64,000 nt of DNA, taken from NCBI RefSeq assembly GCF_006345805.1, contig NC_043016.1, positions 3,782,001 to 3,846,000 on the forward strand. The letters run 5' to 3'. Under the pieces are notes generated by a model. It worked only from the letters and a program-made list of their open reading frames with translations, made no database searches and was not told the origin of the DNA. The position numbers and the translations under genes are program-made. Below, piece after piece: positions 11,326 to 22,705 of the stretch. Each line of letters opens with the position of its first letter. Position 1 is the first letter of the stretch. The stretch comes from Octopus sinensis. Taxonomy: Eukaryota.

Positions 11326-11484
11326 TTTTCCATATCACACTTTTTATGCAATTCCACCAGTCTCCTCCGGGAGGTTTTAATGGACAGAGGTCATAATGGT
11401 TAGAACGGGGGATGTCTGCCGTAGTCTCCTTTAGAGAGAATTAGGAACAATGATATTCCTATTTCTATATATATATATATATCC

Positions 11485-11620
11485 CCATTACCATTTGACA
11501 ACCGGTGTTGATGTGTTTACGTCTCTGTAATCTAGCGGTTCGGCATTGAGACCGACATGATAAGTACTAGGCTTAAAAAATTAAGTCCTGGTTTCGATCT
11601 GTTCGACCAAAAAAAAAAAC
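11485..11620 (+). mobile_element. SINE 3' fragment (TTGGTGTGTTTAC...TTAGCGGTTCGGC...GATAAGTACTAGGCTT family)
   Basis: Homologous to 18825-19015 and, inverted, to 16030-16150. Confidence 0.65.
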
Positions 11621-13719
11621 CCTTCAGGGAACCGGAGGAGACTAGTGGAATTACATAAAAAGTGGATGGAAAACAATATAATAACCCGTAGATAAATGAG
11701 AAATAGGGCAATGAAGTGAAATGAAGTGAGGGAGACAAAACAGTGATAGAGTCAGAGGTCAGAAGTACAGAGGGATGGATAAGTTGCAAAAAGGGGAAGA
11801 TATGAGAGGGTGTTCGGTAGAAAGGGACTTCAGTGGACATATATTGCTAAGAGATGATATTGGAAATGCAGTTTCGTTAGCGAGAGAACTAGTTCTAAGA
11901 AGAAAAATTACTCGTTGCATAAAAAGAGGGAAAAAATATGTGCAGCTTTGCTCTTATATAATTACAGCAGCTGAAAATAGTGCCGCATTTTCCGCGTATT
12001 CTTAGTGTTTCTTGTGCTTGCACGTCTACTATCTTTGCAAATCTTCCGATGACATCACTGAACCATTTGTGTGTCTATGGTTTGTAATGAATACACTGTA
12101 TGATTTTTTTATATATCGAGCAGCATCCTTTTCCAGCAAGGATAAGTGTACTGTCAGTTCATCTGCTTACCAAGACGATTTTGCCGAAATTAACTCTAAA
12201 GCCCTTTGATTAGAATTTGCTTCCACACTTTGAATTTCTTTTCTTATTCTACTACAGATAAAATTTTAAGAACAAGAACATCAGTATAAACGACTTTCAA
12301 TCGGCAAACGGTCTTCAACACCACCGTTATGACTTAGAAGATAATAAATCGAAGTGGAGCAAAGACTTTATGAATTCTTACTGCATCTTAAATACTTTAG
12401 TTTTGTTCTTGTTAAATCTCAATTATCGACAGCATATTTTGGACAGTTCTCACTAGCTATATATATATATATGCACACACACACACACACAGATATAAAG
12501 ATAATGGTATTAAATGATCCAACAATATCAATAAAACACTCACATTTAAACGAATTTGATTAACTATATTAAGCAATCAGACATCAATAAGTGCAAGTAG
12601 AAAACACATCCAAGCTAATTTCTCGTGTATGACAATTAGATCCAAATATTTAGAAGACTTTCAAGAAATTCGGAGTATTAAACTACAAAAATAGGCACGG
12701 AGAATATCACATCTTTAATATTAGAATTCACCTTACAATGCCAACAGTTGTTTCTATTCTTTTAACATATTTAGAAATAGAAATACTATTGAAGTTAACA
12801 TTTTCGAAAATACATATTAATACAGCGTTTTGAAGGCGAACCAAAATTAGTTAAGTTCGAAGTGAACTAAGGAAACATTTCCAGTATACAGACGCATAAA
12901 AAAGAACGTAATGAAGAAATATAATCAAAAAAATTCTACTTTTATTCATCTATTAGTGACGTCACTGGATAACGAAAGAATAAAAACAGAAGAATTCTAC
13001 GTTACTGCAATTAATCACATAGAAATTTTACGTCACGACAATTAGTTATCTATCTATTAAATACAGTAAACATTTTTAGAATAGACTCGCCAACAGTTAT
13101 ACACCCACCACATAACCTTGGAGTGGAACTTTCATCCACTTAGAAAAGATTAAAGGGAATGATAGCCTCGGCGCAAACAGTCGGAACTAATGCAACATGT
13201 AATTTTATCCGTGACAGCTACAATTTCGACTACGTGTGTATAAATGTATACGTGTACGTGTATTTGTATCAGTGTAGGCGTCTTTGTGTGCATATGTGCG
13301 TACGTGCGTACTTGAGATAGTGCATGAGTGTGAGAGCGAAAGAGAGAGAGAAAGGGAGGGAGAGAGGGAGAGAATTGATGAACATGAATATTTAAAAGCA
13401 AACTTGCCATAATAATCTATTCGATAAATTAAAAATATTGTGAAAAGGCAATCGAGCAAATGCAGATTTCAGACACTTTGCGTTTTATCATTCTTGTTTC
13501 TCTATCTAGGAAGATTGCAAGGAATATGAACGCCTTCATCACTGACACACACACACACACCTAATAATTGTAACACACACATCCTTCCCACAAGCACACC
13601 ACCATCGAAGCCTCATATTTGTTTCATAACCGAATCTGTCTAGACATAATCTTTCACTAATGGCTGGCTGTGATATTTCTCTGTGAACCACATTTAAAAG
13701 ATAGCTTATCAAGTTTAAA

Positions 13720-14030
13720 AGTAACAACATTGAAGAAAACAACAAGAAAAGCAACAGCCGTAATACCATCAACAACAACAACAACAACAACAGCATCACC
13801 AGTAGCAACAGCAGCAGCAGCAATAGCAATAGCAATTGCAACACCCGGAGAACAACTGAAGTCATCAACAAGAACAGTAACAGCAATATACAACAGCATT
13901 AGTAACCACAAGAAGAAGAAGAACAACAACAGCGACGACGACGACGACGACTACAACAACAGCAGCAACAGCAGTAGAAGCGGCATGATCAGCTGTAATA
14001 TCACCATCTGCTACAACAACAAGCATGAAA
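13720..14030. repeat. Mixed (AAC/AGC/GAC/AAG)n trinucleotide low-complexity tract
   Basis: Direct reading. It gives open frames on both strands without recognisable domains. Confidence 0.8.
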
Positions 14031-14170
14031 TATTTTTGTGAAGAGTCTTCTTGAGACATTCCGTCTGCTGATTTAAGACCGACTTCTCGCCATCTATTTT
14101 TTATCTCTCGTGACGTCTGTCAAATTTTGCACCCAAATACACAAGGTGATGGTGTGAGTATATATTGGTC

Positions 14171-14215
<45 letters not shown>

Positions 14216-14301
14216 TGTATGTATGTATGTATGTCTATATATACATATACATATACATATGCCAACATGCACATACACGCATACACGCGTATATATATAT
14301 A

Positions 14302-14335
<34 letters not shown>

Positions 14336-14341
<6 letters not shown>

Positions 14342-15893
14342 GAGATACCCGGCGTTGTCCGTGTTACATGCAATTGAAGAATTAGACTCTTCTGTTATAT
14401 TTTCTGTAATGAACTGGAATACCTACGATTCGAATTTCATCAAAAATGCAGATGAAGGTTCTTTCACTCTTTACACACCCTAAAAAATTCTAATCATGAC
14501 ACAGGTATCCCATGCTACTGATCTTTATGCACCGATTCTAGTTTTGTGGAACCTGAGAAGTTGAATTGTTGAGAATCTTTTTAACTTGGGTCTTATATCT
14601 ATTGTTCCAATTACTTTGAAATAGGAAATATATGTATGTTCACAGGGATTTTAAAAGAGAGCAAAGCTACAGGAAACGAAAAGACGAATGATCCCAATAA
14701 GCAGTCAGCTATCCTACCCTAGTCGTTACCACTTCCCAATGTAGGATTCCTCACCATACAGGTGACAGGCACAGCTGTAAGATGCATTACGGATCTATAG
14801 CAATTGGAAGGGCGTGACCCAACTGAAATCAACATTAACAACTGTGTGACGTGAGGGCTAAGGGGAAATGAAAGTGTCACCTCTGGAGTTTGCAAATTAC
14901 CACTATACTGATACGTAACTGGACAGAATAAATTTACAATCTATAAATGTCTTTGAATAACCAGTCACTCATGTGGAAAGGCCTTGAAATCAATGTTACC
15001 ATCTGGGGACTATGTGTGACCCAGTGATAATAAAAAAGATTGAAAGGAGGTCTGCAACCAAATAACTTTACTCAACACTTTGCAACTGAATCAGTGGAGG
15101 CAAAGATGCCTCTCATTTACTTGACAATTTATGCACCACTTTGCAGAAATCACAATTTAAGTGTATGTCAAAGCAAACTGTTACACTGTTGTACCTTTGA
15201 ATTACAAATAATGTTCATGCTCGGGTGACCCTACAGCTTCCAAGAGCACAACTGTATTCGTCTTTGCTTAGATAAAATGACGAAATTGTGGGTGTTAAGT
15301 CCTCATAAAGGGGTCTTTATAACTTCTAAGAAGATGAAATTTTAAAAATATTACTTCATTTGTGTCTAATATCTATGGTTAAAATTTCATCAACATCAAA
15401 AAATATTTGAATTTTCATAGGTGTTATGGCCCTTATGCAAAGAATAAAATTTCCAAATTTCATAAAGATCCATTGAGTACTTTTTAACTAGTTTTGGATC
15501 ATAAAAAATTACTAAAATTTGGGAGATAAGGCCCCCATTAGGGGGTCTTAGAATCCTCATGAGAAGTGGAAATTTTGAGAATACTTCTTGATGTGTGTCA
15601 ATTATCCATGGTTGAAATTTTATCAACATCGAAAATTTATGAATTTTCATGGGGGTTCTGCCCACTTTAAGCCATCTCAGATTCAAACCAAACATACTGC
15701 ATTATACCCACCAAATATCATAAGGATCCATTCAGTAATTTTAGTCCATGAAATTGTATGAAAGCACACAGCATTACCCTTCTCACTAGGCTTGGATTTT
15801 GTGTTCCAAATTTCATTAGGATAGGTGCAGCAGTTTTCGAATGTATAAGTAACACACGAACACGCATAAAGACATTGACTTTTATATAATAGA
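14336..15893 (-). mobile_element. Non-autonomous Helitron-like element (~1.56 kb)
   Basis: The minus-strand 5' end is a^TCTATTATATAAAAGTCAATGTC at 15893. The degenerate 3' hairpin and terminus (forward GGCAGAGATACCCGGCGTTGTCCGTGTT) at 14338-14365 is the reverse complement of the 3' motif at 5289-5317. Confidence 0.6.
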
Positions 15894-16029
15894 TATTAAT
15901 ATCCACATATGTATGTGTGTGTGTATCATATATATATATATATAGACACATACACAAAAAGAGAGATTGATAGATAAAACTGAGTGGGCAAGCAACAATA
16001 CGAGACACTGCTTAGTGCTTTTTTATATT

Positions 16030-16150
16030 TTGATAAACCTAGTACTTATTCGATCACTTTCTTCTTATCAAACCAGTTTTTATGGGGATGTAAATAAACG
16101 AACAGCAGCTGTGAAGCAGTGAGAAGTAGAAACACAGTGGACAAAATACA
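16030..16150 (-). mobile_element. SINE remnant
   Basis: Reverse complement of the 11485 and 18825 family (CCTAGTACTTATTCGATC...GGGGATGTAAATAAAC). Confidence 0.55.
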
Positions 16151-16189
16151 CACATACACTTATCATAGTATACATATATTATATTGTAT

Positions 16190-16254
<65 letters not shown>

Positions 16255-16289
16255 GATATATATTATATATATTATATATATACGATTGA

Positions 16290-16440
16290 TTTCTTTCATT
16301 TTCGGTGTACAAAATCCACTCATAAGGCTTTGGTTGGTCTGAGGCTATAGCAGAAGACATGCCAAGTATCCACCCAGTGTGACTGAACCAGGACCATGTG
16401 TTTTGGAACCAAGTTTCTTACCACATAGCCACCTGCACCT
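16290..16440 (-). mobile_element. tRNA-derived SINE remnant
   Basis: Reverse complement of the 11205 core (AAATCCACTCATAAGGCTTTGG...GCTATAGCAGAAGACA) plus a head ending in CTTACCACATAGCCAC. Confidence 0.6.
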
Positions 16441-16596
16441 ATGTATAGGTGTGTGTATGTATGTGAGTGTGTATGGGTCCATATATGCATGCATATATAT
16501 AAGTGTATATATGTGTACATATTACATGTATGCATATACATTTAATCTATATAGAATATATACATCTATACATATACATTTATATATACATGTACA

Positions 16597-16659
<63 letters not shown>

Positions 16660-16732
16660 ATATATATATATATATATATATGTACATGTATATATAACGT
16701 ATAGTATACATATATATATAATATATTATTAT

Positions 16733-16772
<40 letters not shown>

Positions 16773-17191
16773 TATATTATATATATATATATATGTATGT
16801 ATGTATGCCTGTATATATGTGAAATAATAGTTTCACATTAATAGTTGCAGTATTAAAGTGAAACTATCTGACGTTACAATAGAGAATGTTATTGTTTCAC
16901 TTTTATCACGTAATACTGAAATAGTGGAAGAGATATGATATTGCTCTGGACTCGTCCTAGGCAAGAAGCTAAAAAATTGTTGGGCCTATGACACTACATG
17001 GACCCTAAGTAAGACATGTGTAAAATTTGAATGAAATTAGTTGTGTAGTTCTCAAGTTTTAGGGATTCACACAGACTCACATTCACCTCTTGACATAATA
17101 GATATATATATATATATATATATGTATGCATGTATGTATGCATGCTATAGTATGTATGTATGTAGTAGTATGTATGTATGTCCAAACACAC

Positions 17192-17252
<61 letters not shown>

Positions 17253-17353
17253 CTATATATATATAATAAATATAGGGAATGAATCCAAAATTACAGGGAA
17301 AAATCAGATTTAGGGTTAAATCCAATTTTATAGTAAAAAATTATATAAATATT

Positions 17354-17521
17354 CGAGACAAAACCACTATTTTAAAAACCAAACAAGGAAAGACTTAATC
17401 AATACATAAAATTTTAATATAAATTAAATAAATAAATAAATATTTATTTAATTTATATTAAAAATTTTATGTATTGATTAAGTCTTTCCTTGTTTGGTTT
17501 TAAAATAGTGGTTTTGTCTCG
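17354..17521. repeat. Near-perfect inverted repeat (81-bp arms, 6-nt spacer)
   Basis: 17354-17434 is the reverse complement of 17441-17521 except for two 1-nt homopolymer indels. It is flanked by (TA)n. Confidence 0.95.
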
Positions 17522-17539
17522 GATATATTATATATATAT

Positions 17540-17571
<32 letters not shown>

Positions 17572-17591
17572 ATATATATATATTATCTATA

Positions 17592-17752
17592 TATAACTTA
17601 TAAGTAAGGGCAACGAAAAGAATTTCTAATGACAAATATGCCGAAATTGGAACTATTGTCCATAAGCATATAATTTTCACTCTTATATGGTTATGGACAA
17701 TAGCTCCAATTTCATTAGAAATTTCTTTCGTTTGCCCTTGTTTAAAAGTTGT
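17592..17752. repeat. Imperfect fold-back hairpin (MITE-like)
   Basis: AAGGGCAACGAAAAGAATTTCTAATG pairs with CATTAGAAATTTCTTTCGTTTGCCCTT. GAAATTGGAACTATTGTCCATAAGCATATAA pairs with TTATATGGTTATGGACAATAGCTCCAATTTC. There is a 9-nt loop and a 10-nt bulge. Confidence 0.85.
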
Positions 17753-18824
17753 TTATAATTTTAACCTTTAAAGGTATTTTTTAATATGCTGGCCATTGAT
17801 AATTTTTTTTTTTCGAAAAAAAAACTTTTATCCTACATTAAATATATATATATATATATCTAATATTAATTTGTAATCTTAGTTTTAAATTCTAAATATT
17901 TTACTACTATATATAGCATCTATTTCTAGCGCTATGACCAAGCTAGCCCGAGTCTCTTTTTTCGTCTAGTAAAATTGCCTACTTACTACATCAGACTTTT
18001 ATTATCTTTTTACGACCGCTTTTCTACCGCCACTACCCTACCCCTCTCATTGCTACTCAACCTGTAGGTTCGACATATGACCAAGCTAGCCCGAGTCATA
18101 TGCTTTAGTTATCCCTTATAAATTTGTCTTTGCACACGCATACTCTAGCCTTTCTGGACAAGAGTACCCCTCGCTGTACTTCCTATCTTCCTGCAACTGG
18201 AGTGCACTATGCTTATTTTTCCTTTCAGTATTTGTCAAACTATTGAAATGCTAGAAACCATTTTCCCTTTTCATGGATTACTTTCAAACGATTCTCTCTG
18301 GTCATGGATTTACCAAAGGAATACCTGTTTCTATTGAGTTAATTGGATTCCTCATCACTTTCTTGACATAATAAACTACAACAATCATTGATGAGGAACT
18401 TGCTTCCACAGTTATATATGTTTAACCTATCTCTCTCCAATGACAGAAAACTCAACATATGGAATCTTCACTCGACACAATGTTCCAATAGCTGGAATAT
18501 TCTAGAAACAGCTGATAGGGACTATCTACACGTTTCTATTTTAAAGCTAAAATCACTGTCCTGGTCAAGTCTTGTCAAACGATTTGCTTTTTCATTTCAA
18601 CTTTAATTTATACCTACCGGCTCAAGTGGAAGCCACATCTAGCCGCTTTGGAAAGGTCAGTCACAAAATCACATTTCCACTTGTAGTTCAAACCGGAATT
18701 TTAGTGGCATACCAATCAGAGCGCATGCCTATTAGTTTGAGTCATCTTGAAAAAAAAACTTCTCGTATCTTAGATGTGTGTGCTTGTGTGTGTGCGTGTG
18801 TGTGTGTGTGTAAACCACTATCAC

Positions 18825-19015
18825 TTGGCAACCAGCGTTGGTGTGTTTATGGCCCCATCACTTAGCGGTCCCCTAAAAGAAACCGATAGAGTAAGTACCA
18901 CTCTTTAAAAATGTCATGCTGTCGGTTTGTTCGACTAAAAGAAAATCCCTCAAAACGGTGTTCCAGCACGGCCGCAGTCAAATGACTGAAGTAAGTAATA
19001 GATAAAAGATAAAAG
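18825..19015 (+). mobile_element. SINE 3' fragment
   Basis: Same family as 11485. It ends in GGCCGCAGTCAAATGACTGAAGTAAG...GATAAAAGATAAAAG. Confidence 0.65.
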
Positions 19016-22000
19016 ATATATACTCCCAGTAGATGATGGGTTCTCCATCGGTTTCGGCGACGCTTATTCCAATTGTTCGAAAAATGGAACTATCTATTCA
19101 TTAAATCATAGCCTATTTCCCAGACATCTGTGCCATTGACGCAATTTTTAAACTGAGCTATCGTGATACAAAACTTAAAATTGCAGAATAATATATTCGA
19201 TACGCTCCCACACAGTTACATTCACTCACACGGCTTGGCATGATTTGGAGTTGTGGTAAATGAGATATATGAGATGGAAATCAGCACCTCATGATTTAGC
19301 GGTGGACTTTTTAACGACTCAGTCATTTTTTCTGAATACATCAAGTAATAGCTGTTTGGATAACCCAGACTCGCATGCAAATCTGTAACTACAATAAAAA
19401 AGAAACAGATCGTGAATGTCATAGAAGGTGGAAATAGAATGGCACCTAAATACAAAATGCATGTGAAAGACACTGGGGTATAGAGCGGAGCAACAGATGG
19501 ATTGATCATAACTTGTTTTTATGATTATATGGTGCCTGGCTATATGATCGTATGATTGTATGGTGTACTTTGATTGCGATATCTTTGTTGTTTTTAGCAG
19601 GTGAAATAATCGCATAAAGCCTCCTGTAAAGCTGTGTAGTATAGCACTCCGAATCAGCTTTAATCAAGTAGTCCTATGGTAGTTCAACCATAATCATCGC
19701 ATTTATTTTCATATTCTGTATCTACAAATACATTGCGCACTACAGTTTAGTCTGTTTGAGTGGACACGCAGGGTGTTCTTCGATTGCTGGTAGTGTTGCC
19801 TATTGCATTAACGTCGCGTAGAAGCAAATTATGGTATCTAGTATGATAATGTGGGCTTTATCAGAAATAATTCCAATGGTCCTATAAAGCAAATAGCTAT
19901 AAACTTATGTCTGAAGAGAGTAAAACATTTTACTTCTCTAATATCTATGCTAAAGTAATTCAAATTCTTGTCCATTTTCTTCGGGAGATTAAAATATTAC
20001 TAAACTGTTGACGGCATTATTAAACAATTTATTTCAATTACTTTTCAGACTTGATCATTTTTTAACTGTAATCTTGGTATTGAACATCTTGCACGTCACT
20101 GAAAATTATTGGTCTCTAAATATTCTTTGGTATTTGTTCTGTTGTCTAAATTTCTTCCCTTTCAAGTTGACAACCTACTATCACATTATCGTGGTGCTAC
20201 AGCATAAATTTCTCTGAGCGATTTAGAAATGTACTATTTCTATTTACTTTCTTTGTTTGACAACGTTTCGTGAAAACTGAAATTTCGAAAATACTAACAT
20301 TGCAAATAGTCTAAACTTCTTTTACCCGTGGAGAAAATTTCGTCCAAATTTCACCCCCAGCCACCCTATGTAGAATGGAAGTTGTACTTTTGAGTCTTCC
20401 CCTTTTCCTTCATTGTTTTCCCCTCTTGTCATTCCTCTCCATCTCTCTCTAACTCTCTTTCTCCCCTTCCCTCTCTCTCGCTCTCTCTTTCTCTCCTCCT
20501 TCACACTCTTATGCCAATGCGACATCTTCAGAACTAAATGTAAAGGTTATATAGCATCCTGTAATTTTCATTTATGTCTACTCACCAAGATTGCGCCAGT
20601 GCACCAGGTATCGAGACAATTTATTATGGAAAGTAATTGAAATTAATTAGTTAACACATTAATCGTACCCTGTGGCTTTATTAATTTATTTACATTAGCA
20701 CTCTCCAACTATTTTAGCTACATACAAACATCTGTTTAACAAGGCTGGAAACCATGAAGAAAGAAAGAGAAGAATAAGAGTATCTTAAAAAAGAAACAGA
20801 AAATTAATACCATAATTCTACATCCAGGCGTTTTGGTAAAGGAAGTAGTACGCCACCAGTGACATAGCTGCAAGAAAAACTGTTCGGTTTTTCTCTTCAC
20901 ACGATTGTTTTCCAAGCGGTGAAGTATATATGAGCGCTATGTGACAAATTTCAATGTCACAGCGAAGTCCTAGATGATGTCTTACATCGAAGTATCAACT
21001 ATGAGTTTGAAATAACTTATAAAAATCAATAAAATATAAACCTGATCCGAAAAATAAACGAAAGTAAATGACATTATCAAGTTTATTTAGCCGTTGAAAT
21101 AGAGTTAAACTCGAATCACTCACACAAGTAACAAAAGGTAGATGAAAAATACAGAATGCAGAGAGTACAGAAAGCAGAGTATGAGAAGGATGGAGGAAGG
21201 AGACATAATGAGACATGAAAATAATGAGGCAGTAATGACTGTTTTGATTGATGGCGGGATAATTTATCATGGACAGTAACTGAAATGATGTGCGTACACG
21301 CTTGTATCCATGTGTAAACGCGTGCGCATCCGCGTACATGTTTGTGCCTTGCGCTTTTCTACATTGAATTATACCGGGGACCTACGCAACCTGTTCGCAT
21401 AGATATTAACTCAGATATTCCAGTGGGCGGCAAGTTATATCCAGCCACTTACAGAAACGAACTCAGAGATAAGTTCTGAGCGTGAATAAAATACTGAATC
21501 CATAATCGCTAAGGTGTAAATATTTTATTAAACTAAATACATATCAAAATTACAGCAAATAATATGCTTAAAATCCCACAATATCTTGAACAGAGAAAAA
21601 AACAATTTGAAAATTCACAACCCATGTATATATTAGTTCGAGTTAGTATTAATCTCTGAGAAGAAACGAAAAGGATTATAGTTTTTGATGAAACGTTAGT
21701 GGTAAAACTGAAGTACTAAAATGATAGCGATAGTTACCAGAAAAAACATCGGAAAAGGAATTGCAATAATTTAGATATAAAAGGAAACAACTAAAAATAT
21801 GTTAGTAGATATGAAATGAGAAAAATTTTAATTTTCTGCGGCTGCGCTCCATGCGTTTTCTTTTTCGTTTTTTTTTGTAAAATTGTAGTCATTTTTATTG
21901 GTCATATTCTCGTTATACCTATTGATAGTTCTAGTGTTATTGTGGTTGTGTTGTTTTTCTTGTGGTGGTGGTTTTGGAGGTGGTGGTCATTATTGTTCTA

Positions 22001-22373
22001 AAAATTTATTCATTCACCTCTGAGAACCGCTTCCTTTACTATTTACAAATTCCCGCCTTTATCAGGGTTTACTTTTGTGTTGTTATCAATGATAATGATA
22101 AATGATGATGCTTTTATCTTGGTTTTCTGTTCTATACCCCGACACCCATTATCATTCGTTGTAGAGAGGAAGTAATTTTAAATATTATGGGCCCTGCTAT
22201 AAATGTGACAGTGTGTGTGCACATATACACACATACATACATACACACATACACACACATACACACACATACATACATACAAACCTACGTACATACATAT
22301 ATATATATATACATACAGACAGACAGATATATATATTTATATATATATATGGATACATACATAGAATTGATAC

Positions 22374-22480
<107 letters not shown>

Positions 22481-22489
22481 ACCATCATA

Positions 22490-22705
22490 AATAGATCATC
22501 ATCCTTCGACCACACTATGGTTGTTCGGAACTCCATTAACAATCGTTTTCCACACTACACGGTCCTGCATTGATGTGTTCAAATCTCTAATATTCAGCCC
22601 TGAGTCCCGAGATATAGTATCTGAAAATGTCAGTTTCCTGGAGAAAATTCTTCTAGAGGGATGCCATAGGAATAGGAATGAGATAACCTCCTTCTCTGCT
22701 CGATG
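22490..22705 (-). mobile_element. 3'-terminal fragment of an RTE-type LINE
   Basis: WHPSRRIFSRKLTFSDTISRDSGLNIRDLNTSMQDRVVWKTIV is the typical RTE C-terminus (W.P....R....d.i..D.Gl...l...m.dR..W). It has a GATGAT tail. Confidence 0.7.

Noticed and set aside
12957-12964. TGACGTCA (CRE) palindrome, plus an AGATGGCG motif near 14090 as promoter evidence
   Set aside because: Short motifs like these are expected by chance in 64 kb, and there is no associated gene.
13539-14059. Hydrophobic or Thr/Ala-rich ORFs on both strands resembling membrane or secreted proteins
   Set aside because: They are explained by mixed trinucleotide repeats.
18140-18760. Minus-strand FVTDLSKA resembling the RT motif LDLSKAFD
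   Set aside because: The downstream QG and ADD motifs could not be found, so the evidence is too weak to call.
19222-19615. 95-98-aa minus-strand ORFs that look transmembrane
   Set aside because: There is no recognisable family or splice support, and hydrophobicity is expected from T-rich DNA.
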